Source: a virus. Taken from it: a stretch of DNA of 64,000 bases. The DNA lies in the IMG/VR virus record IMGVR_UViG_3300027708_000030, positions 1 to 64,000 of that record; one strand, written 5' to 3'. Position 1 is the first letter of the stretch, and the number at the start of each line of letters is the position of its first letter. Positions 35,967-45,866 of the stretch are shown here, one piece after another. The notes beneath the pieces are model-generated. The model was not told the origin of the DNA. It saw nothing but the letters and a program-made list of their open reading frames with translations, and did not search any database. The translations under genes were made by a program, and so were the position numbers.

Positions 35967-36041
35967 GCGGGATTAATTCAGTGGTAGAATGTTTCGTTGC
36001 CAACGAAAATGTCATCGGTTCAAATCCGATATCCCGCTCCA
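35967..36041 (+). tRNA. tRNA-Gly(GCC)
   Basis: TTTCG-TTGCCAA-CGAAA, CCA; own promoter TTGACA-17-TATAAT at 35925-35953. Confidence 0.9.
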
Positions 36042-36057
36042 ACAACATGGAGATATT

Positions 36058-36264
36058 ATGACAGAAGAAACTACACCAGTACCACTAACCTTTAAAGAGC
36101 AGTGGGAACAAAAGAAACTACTGAAGCGAGCCAAGAAAAAAGCAAAGCATAATTTGCAAAGCCAAGGATTGGGTCGCAAAGAAGCAAGTAAAGCAGTCAA
36201 CAAAGCAGTCAATCGAATCGCTTCCAATAAGCCCATGCAACGTGCTGCTGGACGTGGCGGATAA
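36058..36264 (+). CDS. small basic hypothetical protein
   Basis: SD GGAG; Lys/Ala-rich; followed by a terminator-like hairpin at 36270-36291. Confidence 0.6.
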   Translation: MTEETTPVPLTFKEQWEQKKLLKRAKKKAKHNLQSQGLGRKEASKAVNKAVNRIASNKPMQRAAGRGG

Positions 36265-36308
36265 AATACAATCCCACATAGTGGGATTTTTCACATTAGG
36301 AATTTATT

Positions 36309-36710
36309 ATGTTTGAATGTATCATAGCAGGAGATTCAATTGGAGTAGGAATTGCCAATGTACGTAAAGAGTGCGTGGCATATGTACAAGGTGGAATTAA
36401 CTCGCACCAGTGGTTGAATAAAAATATTCAAAACACACCACTAATTGCTAATCATGTAATCATCTCACTTGGTTCAAACGACCACAAATACGTTAAGACT
36501 GAGGAAGAACTCAGAGTCATTCGTAAACTAACCAAAGCCGACAGAGTGTATTGGATTATGCCAAGCGATAAGTTTCCAGCAGCACAATCAGCAGTGTGGC
36601 ATGTGGCAAACGAGAATAACGATATGATTCTTGGAACGAAACGAATGCAAACCGATGGTGTCCACCCATCGTGGGCAGGATATAAAGAACTAGCGGAGAA
36701 GGCAAGATGA
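36309..36710 (+). CDS. SGNH/GDSL hydrolase-like protein
   Basis: GDSI, SLGSND, DGVHP..GY. Confidence 0.8.
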   Translation: MFECIIAGDSIGVGIANVRKECVAYVQGGINSHQWLNKNIQNTPLIANHVIISLGSNDHKYVKTEEELRVIRKLTKADRVYWIMPSDKFPAAQSAVWHVANENNDMILGTKRMQTDGVHPSWAGYKELAEKAR

Positions 36711-36916
36711 ACATTAAAGACTATCAGATGGAGCCAAAGAAGCCACTATCATTCGAGGAGTGGAAGGGTAATATTGCTCCACAATATCAAGGAGAGAAAC
36801 TCAAGGCATATGATAGACTGCATAATGTAGACTACGAGAAAGAATTCAATGCCATGCTTAAATCAGAGTATGCAGAATACCTATCAAATCTAAATGGAGA
36901 CTGGTTGCTAAAATGA
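36707..36916 (+). CDS. hypothetical protein
   Basis: ATGA coupling. Confidence 0.55.
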   Translation: MNIKDYQMEPKKPLSFEEWKGNIAPQYQGEKLKAYDRLHNVDYEKEFNAMLKSEYAEYLSNLNGDWLLK

Positions 36917-37033
36917 TACTGGTAGCCACATGGATCACTGTTGGATTCTTTTCAGCCATCGGATGGTATGGAGCGAATCATCTCGTCATTGAACCATACC
37001 TGCCACCACCGAGACAGATAGAGAAAAAGAAAG

Positions 37034-37219
37034 ATGATTGAAATAATTATAGCACTGGCAATAGGAATTGCACTGGGTTTCGCATTAAACAATAAGAAAC
37101 CACCAGAGCAGGAACAACCACCAGACTATGCCTATTACAAAAACCTATCCGAATCACTAATGCAAGATGTGAGACGACTAAGAGAAGAACTAAGGAAGAA
37201 AGATGACAACCTTCACTAG
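37034..37219 (+). CDS. small membrane protein
   Basis: N-terminal TM and coiled coil. Confidence 0.55.
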   Translation: MIEIIIALAIGIALGFALNNKKPPEQEQPPDYAYYKNLSESLMQDVRRLREELRKKDDNLH

Positions 37220-37430
37220 CGAGGACAGAGAAAACTCTGAGCCAATACTGAATAGCTGTAGGGATACAGGAATGTCCACGTATACCTATTTCTGGACTGT
37301 CAATAAGAAAGTCATTAGTCCATACTTTAATACTGACTCCGAAGCCAATAGCTGGATGGAGATCGAGAAATACAAGATTGAAGCACAATCGCTTTGGTCT
37401 GATTCATGCACAACCCAAAGGAAACTATGA
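37203..37430 (+). CDS. hypothetical protein
   Basis: MTTFTSEDRE start; overlaps the upstream gene. Confidence 0.5.
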   Translation: MTTFTSEDRENSEPILNSCRDTGMSTYTYFWTVNKKVISPYFNTDSEANSWMEIEKYKIEAQSLWSDSCTTQRKL

Positions 37431-37706
37431 AAACTGTACAACAAATGGAAACTGAAGCCATCCTATCAATGATGGAATCGATGAAGACTCTGGAACAACA
37501 ACTAGCCGATGCCAAGAAAAGAATCGATGATCTAGAAAAGATAATCTCCAATCAGAGAGCAATGATAAAGGAACTGCAATGAAGGTAAATAAACTAATTC
37601 GTAAGATGTATAAAGCAATCATACTATCCAAGAAGAAACAAGAGAAGAAACTATACCTAAAGATCCTCAAGAAATCCCTAAAACATAAGCATACGGAAGC
37701 CGTGCA

Positions 37707-37910
37707 GTGACACAAGAAGTAATCCTACATAAAGACGACCTCAATGCAATCATCGAGTTCGCCTCAAAGTACCCCGAATCCGACTATATTACAGTCTCCT
37801 GCGATTCTTCCTCGGGGATCGGAATTTTAGTCTCAGCATCACTACGAGCAATAATCAACGAAGATGCAGTAATCATAACAAAGCAAATCGTGGACGAATC
37901 ATCATGGTAG
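37707..37910 (+). CDS. hypothetical protein
   Basis: DSSSGIG...IVDESSW motif; GTG start. Confidence 0.55.
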   Translation: MTQEVILHKDDLNAIIEFASKYPESDYITVSCDSSSGIGILVSASLRAIINEDAVIITKQIVDESSW

Positions 37911-38082
37911 AAAACGAAGATAAACTATGCACTCTGGAAGAAGCTGAAGAATTCGATAAGAAACGAAACTACAGCTATACCGTGCCTTGGAATGGAGTTG
38001 CTCCATCAGTAAATGCTCAGTGGAAAGTAGAGATAAAAGATCCATGGGATGAATGGAAAGCCAATAAGGATATCGTGTGAAT

Positions 38083-38649
38083 ATGGTAGACGATAGTTCT
38101 GTCTGGTCCACTATTGATGGTGTAGATCTGTGGATATACGATAAACTAATACTTGCAAAACGATTAGGCTATGATTGTGGACCAGCTGGAATAGCACCAA
38201 CAAAGACTAACGAGTACATTGTAAGACCAATCTCTAACTATCGTATGATGGGTCGTGGTAGTAGTATACTGACAATTCCTGCCAATGCCGATATTATTCC
38301 AGATGGTTACTTTTGGTGTGAGGTATTTAACGGTAGACACATAACAATAGACTATAATTACGGAGTACAAACTCTTGCTGTGGAAGGATTTAAAGACAGT
38401 ACCAGAACAGATCGATTTAGCTCTTGGAAGCGAATCGAATATTCTTACGAACTACCACCATTATTACAACCCATAGCCCTAAAGTACGAGTGGCTTAATA
38501 TAGAGATAATTGACGATAAAATCATTGAAGTACACCTAAGATACAACGATGACTTTGCTAATCATACATCACAAGAGATAATACCCATATGGCGAGAGAA
38601 CTACTATCATAGTCCATGTGGAGATAGAATAGGATTTTTACTAAAATGA
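38083..38649 (+). CDS. conserved phage protein, possible ATP-grasp-like fold
   Basis: WIYDKLILAKRLGY.CGPAG...YIVRP...GMG-like...FWCE.F.GRH...IIEVHLR. Confidence 0.65.
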   Translation: MVDDSSVWSTIDGVDLWIYDKLILAKRLGYDCGPAGIAPTKTNEYIVRPISNYRMMGRGSSILTIPANADIIPDGYFWCEVFNGRHITIDYNYGVQTLAVEGFKDSTRTDRFSSWKRIEYSYELPPLLQPIALKYEWLNIEIIDDKIIEVHLRYNDDFANHTSQEIIPIWRENYYHSPCGDRIGFLLK

Positions 38650-38825
38650 ACCAAGAAGAATACATTAAGTTTCTGGAAGAGAGACTAAAGCACTCCGATG
38701 AACAACTAACGAAAGCCATGGAGATGCTGGCTAAACTAATGAGTAAGATGAAGGATGCTATTTAGTCGTGTGTGGTGGACGTATATTCGGAAAATACAGG
38801 GTTTGCATGAATACAAAGGCGAGTG

Positions 38826-39119
38826 ATGGCATACAAAGAAAAAGTTTGTCCTAAGTGTAACACCGTGCACAACAAGCGTGGTGAGTTCTGCTCTCGTAGC
38901 TGTGGTAACTCTCGTCCACTAACAAAGGAACAGAAGCAGAAGATTGGTGCTGCTAAGTCTGCATGGCTTACTGGTGGTAGTGAAGAAGCAGAAGTGGCTG
39001 TGCATAACTTTGTCTCTGGTGGAAACAATAAGACTGCTGAACCCATTGCTCCTATTGTTTCGAGAGATGCTGGCTATAGACGTTTCGTAGAAGATGGCGA
39101 TCTATGGGAGGAAGTTTAG
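38826..39119 (+). CDS. zinc-finger hypothetical protein
   Basis: CPKC...FCSRSC and a NUMOD3-like TKEQKQKIG. Confidence 0.6.
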   Translation: MAYKEKVCPKCNTVHNKRGEFCSRSCGNSRPLTKEQKQKIGAAKSAWLTGGSEEAEVAVHNFVSGGNNKTAEPIAPIVSRDAGYRRFVEDGDLWEEV

Positions 39120-39404
39120 TTACAGGGAATATTGCCAGTTATTACCACGCTATGTGAGTGTATGTGGGAGGGCTATGTGGAGACGTATGTGACACTCTTG
39201 TGCGCAACGAGTGTAAGACGAGTGCGTGTGCTCTCGAGTGCGTGTGATGCAATATTGCAATTCTTATTTGATTTTAATTTGACTTTGGGGTATACTTACG
39301 GTGTTAGGGTTGATAAAGAGTAGGTAATGCATTAGTCGTGTAACTCCTATGTAGCGTGTATATGGGCTCGGTGACCGACCAGTAATATAGTTTGGAGTGA
39401 TTTG

Positions 39405-39441
39405 AAAAGACCAGCAATCGTTTTTGATTCTGGTCTTTTTT
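39405..39441. terminator. bidirectional intrinsic terminator
   Basis: AAAAGACCAG-C-AATC...GATT-CTGGTCTTTTTT. Confidence 0.75.
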
Positions 39442-39463
39442 GCATTTCTAGTTCTGAAATTGT

Positions 39464-39542
39464 AGTAAGTAAGTGCTAACTTACTTTTTGGTTAGTAAGC
39501 ACTTACTTCGATCGAGAGAATTTGGTAAGTAAGTGCTTACTT
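39464..39542. repeat. three copies of palindrome AGTAAGTGCTTACT (iteron/operator-like)
   Basis: Copies at 39464-39485, 39491-39508 (inverted) and 39525-39542; related copy at 54323-54341. Confidence 0.75.
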
Positions 39543-39754
39543 CGCCAGCATGCGTCCGTCTCGTCGGCTATAAACCAGACGAGCAGGGTCCACGTCCACC
39601 CCAGTAACTTTCGAATAACTCAATTATTCCTCAAGAGAGAATTAACGACAACCACTAATTAATAACCCTCAACTTTGGTAGGGATCAAATTAGTTGTTGC
39701 CTTTAATTGCAAATTCAGTAATAATAAGCCATAAATTTGAAAAAAGGACTTAAA

Positions 39755-39970
39755 ATGATTTCTCGTGATTTTCTCTCTTCTTTGAACTTCCGTGTTATGG
39801 ACGAAACCGATAAAATGGGTTTCGCTGGGGTTCAATCGCCTGTTCCACTGATTGTTGAAATCAATGATCTTTTGATTATCATTGATGGTGATCGTTGTGA
39901 AGTTTACGGTGAAAATTCGGATTTTGGACCAGCAGAAATTTGCGAATCCATCAGCGAATTACCCTACTAA
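39755..39970 (+). CDS. hypothetical early protein
   Basis: SD AAGGA; class A promoter upstream. Confidence 0.6.
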   Translation: MISRDFLSSLNFRVMDETDKMGFAGVQSPVPLIVEINDLLIIIDGDRCEVYGENSDFGPAEICESISELPY

Positions 39971-40040
39971 GAGTGGGGTTATTGCTTGCCGTTAATTCGG
40001 TTTGGATGTAAGATTACAGTATTGAAATTAAGGAAACAAA

Positions 40041-40310
40041 ATGAGTAAAACCGATAAAATTAAAGACTACGCATCCAAAGCCCAGTATTACTTGGAACTG
40101 GCTGACAAGTATCAGCAAATGGCTTTCGGCGAATTCGCTGACGCACAGTGCTACGACCTGCATAACGGGATTGAAGAAATGATGGACGAAATTGACGATC
40201 TGCTTATGGAAGTCTGTATCCCTCTTGAAATGAATACGATTGATATCGGCTCGGGTTTGTACGACGCACGAGAAGGAAACGAGGATTCTTTCTCAAATCT
40301 GGATAAGTAA
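40041..40310 (+). CDS. hypothetical early protein
   Basis: SD AAGGA; promoter TTGCCG-17-TAAGAT. Confidence 0.6.
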   Translation: MSKTDKIKDYASKAQYYLELADKYQQMAFGEFADAQCYDLHNGIEEMMDEIDDLLMEVCIPLEMNTIDIGSGLYDAREGNEDSFSNLDK

Positions 40311-40404
40311 CCCTACGGATTGTAGGGTTATCCAGAAAGTTGTTGTCGTTAATTCGTAGTTGCTGTAAGATTATGGTATTGAAATTGATTATGAAAGGTT
40401 TTTT

Positions 40405-41301
40405 ATGAATGTATCCGCTGTTTCCTTCGACGCCAAATCTGGCAACTACATGGCTAAAGTCGGTTCTAAGACTATCAAGTCTTACTCCAAAGCATACGTG
40501 GAGCGCAAACTCCGCAACATGGTTGGTGATGTAGAAGTTGCCATGGCTGCAGCTGTTGAGAAGTCTAACAAGTATGACATCAATACACGATTCGGTTTCG
40601 TGGAAAAGCTGGTTACCATGGTTGCCACTGGTGTTCAACCCTCTGCCGTGATTACTGGTGAAGGTGGACTCGGCAAAACATTCACTGTAACCAAAACCTT
40701 GGCTGCACATGGCTACAAAGATATTTCAGAATTAGCTGAATTCCAAGTGGGCTCTGTCATCAATACTGCAAAGTGTTTTATGATGGTCAAGGGTTATTCC
40801 ACTGCAAAGGGTTTGTATCGCACTCTGTTCGAGAATCAAAAATCCGTGATTGTGTTTGATGATTGCGACGCTGTTCTGAAAGATCCAGTTGCATTAAACT
40901 TGCTTAAGGGAGCATTGGACTCTTACGGCAAACGCATTATTTCTTGGAATGCAGACATGAAGGATGATGATCTGCCACGCAGTTTTAATTTCGAAGGACG
41001 TGTTATTTTCATTAGCAACATGGATCAAGATCGTATCGACCAAGCCATTCGTTCACGTAGTATGATGATTGACCTGAGCATGACTTTCGACCAGAAGATC
41101 GACCGCATGGAATACATTGCAAAGAGTGATGAGTTTCTCCCAGAGTACGATGCAAAGATCAAGTCTGATGCACTGGCTCTTATCCGTGAAGTCGGTAAAG
41201 AAGCCAAAGAGATTAGTCTCCGTACTCTTATTGCTGTGTCCAAGGTACGTGCTTCCAACAAAGAGTGGAAAGACCTTGCTACATACATGTTGACTGCTTA
41301 A
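40405..41301 (+). CDS. P-loop AAA+-type ATPase
   Basis: Walker A GEGGLGKT, Walker B IVFDDCD, IFISN, AIRSR arginine finger. Confidence 0.85.
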   Translation: MNVSAVSFDAKSGNYMAKVGSKTIKSYSKAYVERKLRNMVGDVEVAMAAAVEKSNKYDINTRFGFVEKLVTMVATGVQPSAVITGEGGLGKTFTVTKTLAAHGYKDISELAEFQVGSVINTAKCFMMVKGYSTAKGLYRTLFENQKSVIVFDDCDAVLKDPVALNLLKGALDSYGKRIISWNADMKDDDLPRSFNFEGRVIFISNMDQDRIDQAIRSRSMMIDLSMTFDQKIDRMEYIAKSDEFLPEYDAKIKSDALALIREVGKEAKEISLRTLIAVSKVRASNKEWKDLATYMLTA

Positions 41302-41881
41302 GGAGAGCATATGTTGAAATGGATATTGTTGATAGTAATAGTAGTAGCATTCCCTATAGAGGTAGAACATCTATTGGCAGATGTTGCAACAATCGCCAAG
41401 GATACAATAACATTAGTAATACAAGGATTTAAGCAATGAAGAAGAAAACACTAAACGAACTGTTACGTAAGAGATTAGGTATCAAGCCCACATTAGGGTA
41501 TTTACTAAGAAAGAGATTATCTAAATGATTAGATTCATAGTAGGACTATTCGTAGTATTCGGAGCAGCAGGTGGGATGGACAATGCAACCGATGGTGAAC
41601 TATTGCCATTATTGGGATTAGCCATAGTAGGACTAGTACTGATGTACTTCGGCTCTGAGAAACTGAAACAGATGTAAATCTGTATTCGGCTTAGGGGACA
41701 TATCTGTATTTGAAGGGACTCCTCCTCAGCCACACAATCGGGGGTTTAGCCACCATCATAATTACATCCTTGTCTTGCAATCATTCTTAGGGTATAATCA
41801 TATCTGTAGAGGGTTGCATCGATCGAGTTCAGATTGTCTGCAAAAATTCCCCGAGAAAATTTTCACTGTAAAAGGTTGCAT

Positions 41882-42109
41882 ATGAATGAAGTTTATATTC
41901 TTGAGATGTATAATCCAGACGAGGAATATCCAGGATCACAGTCACCGATTCTTGGTGTTTTCATTAGTAAAGAAAATGCAGAGATATATCGTAATGAATA
42001 CATTCGAGATCGTTATAGCATCGATGAAGAGGATTGTTCGGATCAAGATCTGATTAACGACATCTATCCTGTTGAGTTTTTCATTAACAGATTTAGAGTG
42101 ATGTCATGA
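41882..42109 (+). CDS. hypothetical protein
   Basis: SD AAGG; ILGVF.SKENA motif. Confidence 0.55.
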   Translation: MNEVYILEMYNPDEEYPGSQSPILGVFISKENAEIYRNEYIRDRYSIDEEDCSDQDLINDIYPVEFFINRFRVMS

Positions 42110-42442
42110 CCACTGTAATCGCAATGGCTATAATTATTATTATGGAGTTAGCAAGAAAATGATTGTATATGATAATGATGGTAAGAACATAGTCATCTCC
42201 ACGACTCCTAGAGTTGAGTTTGATGATAATGTTCCAATATGGTTTATTAATGAGTTTCTTCGTAGAATGGCCAAGGGACAGATTAAGGTTAAGGATTCTA
42301 CTGGTAAAGAATTAAAGGTGTATTATGGTGAATGTTAAACAAGGAAATATTGCACGTCCTCCTCAGTGGTGGAAACACCTAAGAGACTGGAAACGAGTGT
42401 TTTGGAAGTCTGAACGACAAGCACAAAAGCGAGGTATTAAAA

Positions 42443-42784
42443 ATGAGTCTTGATGTTGATTTAATGGTTATAAAACCCACGAGTATCTTCTCTATGAATA
42501 TCACTCATAATCTTGGCAAGATGGCTACACAAGTTTTCTTGTCTAATGGTGATACTCTTTATGATGTTTTATGGCGACCAGAAGAAGTTGGTTATTACAC
42601 AGCTGAGGATATCTCTGCACTTTTACATGAAGGTATGGTTAAGTTAATTTCTTCTCCCGAAGAGTATAAGAGATATAATCCAGACAACGGATGGGGTGAC
42701 TACGATGGTCTTGTTGAATTTGTCAAACAATACTATCATGCTTGCCTAACGAATCCAGAAGCAGAGTTAAGAGTAAGTAGATGA
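42443..42784 (+). CDS. conserved phage hypothetical protein
   Basis: MSLDVDL...NITHNLGKMA...YNPDNGWGDY. Confidence 0.7.
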   Translation: MSLDVDLMVIKPTSIFSMNITHNLGKMATQVFLSNGDTLYDVLWRPEEVGYYTAEDISALLHEGMVKLISSPEEYKRYNPDNGWGDYDGLVEFVKQYYHACLTNPEAELRVSR

Positions 42785-43005
42785 AACTGGCTGATCAATT
42801 TTCTAAGTCCGTACCCCAGAAGTGGAACTATGGAGACAGAGTATTCGCAAAGTGGGAAGGTGTTCCTCTCGTGGGTATGGTCATTCGTCAGAATGAGTTT
42901 GGAGTGCTAATTCATGCAGACCTTCCCCTCGGAGAAAGTGAAGGAAGACAGGTAGTATATTGCAATCCCAAGACAGTTAAAAAATTGGTTGTCTTTAATG
43001 AATAA
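42781..43005 (+). CDS. hypothetical protein
   Basis: ATGA coupling; SH3-like pattern. Confidence 0.55.
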   Translation: MKLADQFSKSVPQKWNYGDRVFAKWEGVPLVGMVIRQNEFGVLIHADLPLGESEGRQVVYCNPKTVKKLVVFNE

Positions 43006-43023
43006 TTGGAGTATAATAGTACT

Positions 43024-43221
43024 ATGATAAAATTAGAAATCCCCTTTGAAGTTGCAGACGGCATTGTACTGGCATCGTTGAAGAATCACATTGGTTATCT
43101 TAGAGAAGAGATTCGTGCCCATGTTGAGGATGGTGCTTATCTTCATCCAGAGGATTACCATAACAGTATGGTGAATTTAATTCCAGCCATGCAACTGATT
43201 ATTGATTACTATGGTGGCTAG
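43024..43221 (+). CDS. hypothetical protein
   Basis: ATG 7 nt after TATAAT; LHPED motif. Confidence 0.55.
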   Translation: MIKLEIPFEVADGIVLASLKNHIGYLREEIRAHVEDGAYLHPEDYHNSMVNLIPAMQLIIDYYGG

Positions 43222-43420
43222 AGTCTTATTGGTATTATTGTTATCAGGATGTTCCATGACAAAGATGGAAAACATCTATGTTGATAATTCTGCCACGAAT
43301 AACTTTGTTGGTAATCCTTGCAAGTTTTATGTTAGACTTGCAGGTGAAGCCAAGTGCATGATCATGAAACATGATGCAAGGAATCCAGAAAATCCATATA
43401 ACAATGAAAGAACAAAATGA
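43211..43420 (+). CDS. small lipoprotein
   Basis: Lipobox LSGC. Confidence 0.55.
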   Translation: MVARVLLVLLLSGCSMTKMENIYVDNSATNNFVGNPCKFYVRLAGEAKCMIMKHDARNPENPYNNERTK

Positions 43421-43635
43421 CAGAACAAAAATTGAATAAACTTGTATTAGAAATAGATAATGTTTTAAGTAAGATGATTGTGGAATATGAATATGATCCA
43501 CTACATCTATCATCTATTATCCTTGCACGTCTTGTGAGGATGAATCAAGAGTTTGAAAGTCATGATGATTTTAATAAAATTATGAACTCAGCAATTTTGA
43601 AAAGACCTGCTGATAATGAAAGGACACTACAATGA
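43417..43635 (+). CDS. hypothetical protein
   Basis: ATGA coupling at both ends. Confidence 0.55.
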   Translation: MTEQKLNKLVLEIDNVLSKMIVEYEYDPLHLSSIILARLVRMNQEFESHDDFNKIMNSAILKRPADNERTLQ

Positions 43636-44540
43636 AAATTGCAATATGTTCAGACGTCCATCTAGAATTCGGACAACTGGAATTAGAGAACACACAGAAT
43701 GCTGAAGTCCTTATTTTATCTGGTGATATTTGTACTGCTGTTGACCTTAGGGTTACCGATAGTATTTTATCTTCTGCTAAAACTGATAGGTATCTTGAGT
43801 TTTTTACTGCTTGCTCTCGTAACTTTCCTCATGTGGTTTATGTTATGGGTAATCACGAACATTACCATGGTGACTATGCTACTTCTGCAAGCATTCTAAA
43901 AGATGCACTAAAGCATCTACCAAATATTCATGTTCTTGACAAAGAAGTATTCACTCTTGGAGATTATGTCTTTCTGGGTGGCACTCTTTGGACTGACATG
44001 AATGCCGAAGATGAAATGACTATGAATCATGTTTCTCGTCGTATGAATGATTTTCAGATCTGTAAAAATAGTCTTAGGACTGTAAACTTCAGAACACAGG
44101 AACCAACTCTTGACGAGAATGGTGATCACAAGAAAGATGCTGAAGGTAAGCCAATGTATCATGCAGTCTTCAAGACTCGTGAAGCATACCTGTCTCCGCA
44201 GGATGCTGTGGAAGACCACAAAGCAATGTTGAAGTTTATTGAGACTAATTACAATATGACTCCTCCATGGATGACTACCATTGTAGTTGGGCATCATGCT
44301 CCAAGCAAACTTTCTGAGCATCCACGTTATAAAAAAGATCAACTCATGAATGGTGCTTACAATTCCAAGTTAGATCAATTTATCATGGATCGTCCAGGAA
44401 TTAAGTTGTGGACTCATGGTCATACTCATGAAGACTTTGACTACATGATTAAGGGTTGTCGTGTTGTTTGTAATCCTCGTGGTTATATCAACTACGAAGA
44501 TCGTGCAGATCGTTTTGAATTGAAATTCGTAGAGGTTTAA
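43632..44540 (+). CDS. calcineurin-like metallophosphoesterase
   Basis: SDVHLE, LSGDI, MGNHEHY, GHHAP, HGHTH, CNPRGY. Confidence 0.9.
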   Translation: MKIAICSDVHLEFGQLELENTQNAEVLILSGDICTAVDLRVTDSILSSAKTDRYLEFFTACSRNFPHVVYVMGNHEHYHGDYATSASILKDALKHLPNIHVLDKEVFTLGDYVFLGGTLWTDMNAEDEMTMNHVSRRMNDFQICKNSLRTVNFRTQEPTLDENGDHKKDAEGKPMYHAVFKTREAYLSPQDAVEDHKAMLKFIETNYNMTPPWMTTIVVGHHAPSKLSEHPRYKKDQLMNGAYNSKLDQFIMDRPGIKLWTHGHTHEDFDYMIKGCRVVCNPRGYINYEDRADRFELKFVEV

Positions 44541-44541
44541 T

Positions 44542-44877
44542 ATGAGTGATTACACTCCAGACAGATGGATGATTGTTAAAATTACTGGACCAGTTGCATA
44601 TCCAGTCCATAAAGTTTTTGCTTGTTGGTATGGTGGTTATCTTGGTTCAGATTCTTGGAAACTAAACAGTGGTATCACAAGAGCATATGAAGATGGTCAT
44701 TGCTTCATGTTTGACGGAAACAGTGGTTCTACCTATGTTTGTCATAAGGCACATTATGGTGCTAGCAGTTATGGTTTTGGTGTTCTTGAGAATATGGTAA
44801 CCAAAGCACTTGATAATGGTGTTACAATTGAAGTATTACCTGAAGAAACTAACTGGTTGGAGATTAACTATGAATAA
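44542..44877 (+). CDS. conserved phage hypothetical protein
   Basis: YTPDRW...WYGGYLGSDSWKLNSGI...GSTYVC. Confidence 0.75.
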   Translation: MSDYTPDRWMIVKITGPVAYPVHKVFACWYGGYLGSDSWKLNSGITRAYEDGHCFMFDGNSGSTYVCHKAHYGASSYGFGVLENMVTKALDNGVTIEVLPEETNWLEINYE

Positions 44878-45070
44878 ACCTACGACATGGACAATTACAG
44901 TTGAGGAAGCAGACGATGGTAGTGGAGATTTAGTTCTTCCACTCACCGATGAGATTATGGAATCTGCTGGTTGGCAGATTGGTGATACACTCGAGTGGAT
45001 AGATAATAAGAATGGCACTTGGTCAATAAAGAAAATAGAAAATGAACCATCAACTAATACCACTGAATGA
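44870..45070 (+). CDS. AbrB/MazE-like swapped-hairpin protein
   Basis: GDLVLPLTDEIMESAGWQIGDTLEW. Confidence 0.65.
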   Translation: MNKPTTWTITVEEADDGSGDLVLPLTDEIMESAGWQIGDTLEWIDNKNGTWSIKKIENEPSTNTTE

Positions 45071-45184
45071 TAAAGAAGAAGCAATTCTTACTTTAATGCA
45101 ACGTGTCAACGAACTTGAGTACGAAAACTCAAATTTGAAAGATGAAATTAAACGACTACAATGGTCACTTATGGAGCAAGACTA

Positions 45185-45475
45185 ATGAAATATACTTTAA
45201 TAGCTGAAGATGAGTTTGGTGGTTCAACAACCACTCGTGAGTTTACTGCAGATTATTTACCAGAAGTTCTGTCAGAAATTGAATTGTTTCTAAAAGGAGC
45301 AGGTTTTGTATTTGATGGTAATCTCGACTTTGTCAATGATTTCGAAACTGAGCCAGAATGGGAACCCGAAGAAGAGTGGAATACTGAAGAATGGTCTACA
45401 CCAGAGTTATATGACGAACAAGATTTACCAATGGGTAAGTCAAAATACTATTTCGACACCGAAAGGAACAAATAA
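45185..45475 (+). CDS. hypothetical protein
   Basis: EF.ADYLPEVL..IELFLKGAGF motif. Confidence 0.6.
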   Translation: MKYTLIAEDEFGGSTTTREFTADYLPEVLSEIELFLKGAGFVFDGNLDFVNDFETEPEWEPEEEWNTEEWSTPELYDEQDLPMGKSKYYFDTERNK

Positions 45476-45840
45476 TGGGAATGCCACTTGATGTACTAAT
45501 GTTTCAACAAGCATGTGATCAAAAACCATCACCTGAAAACGCTGCATTATACAGATCTCTCATGGAAGAAGAGTTCAAAGAGTTCGTTGATGCTCATTGG
45601 AATCATGATGATGTTGAAATGCTTGATGGTTGCATGGATTTAATCTGGGTAACACTTGGATTTTGTCACATGAAGGGTTACGATGTTCAAAAAGCATGGG
45701 ATGCAGTGCTTCGAAGCAACATGGCAAAGGTTGATCCCACTACTCGCAAGGTTATTCGTCGTGAAGATGGTAAGATTTTGAAGCCAGAGGGCTGGACTCC
45801 ACCTGATTTGAGCAAATTTACAAAAAAACACTTGCCTTAA
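45475..45840 (+). CDS. MazG-like/PRA-PH family NTP pyrophosphohydrolase
   Basis: EEEFKEF...LDGCMDLIWV...SNMAK...REDGKILKPEGW.PPDL. Confidence 0.85.
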   Translation: MGMPLDVLMFQQACDQKPSPENAALYRSLMEEEFKEFVDAHWNHDDVEMLDGCMDLIWVTLGFCHMKGYDVQKAWDAVLRSNMAKVDPTTRKVIRREDGKILKPEGWTPPDLSKFTKKHLP

Positions 45841-45866
45841 ATTGATTTTTGAGGTATAATTACATT

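Noticed and set aside
39464-39542. CRISPR array
   Set aside because: Only three short palindromes, in mixed orientation, with 5-16-nt gaps. There are no spacer-length uniques, and the Cas4-like exonuclease is the usual T4-like exonuclease.
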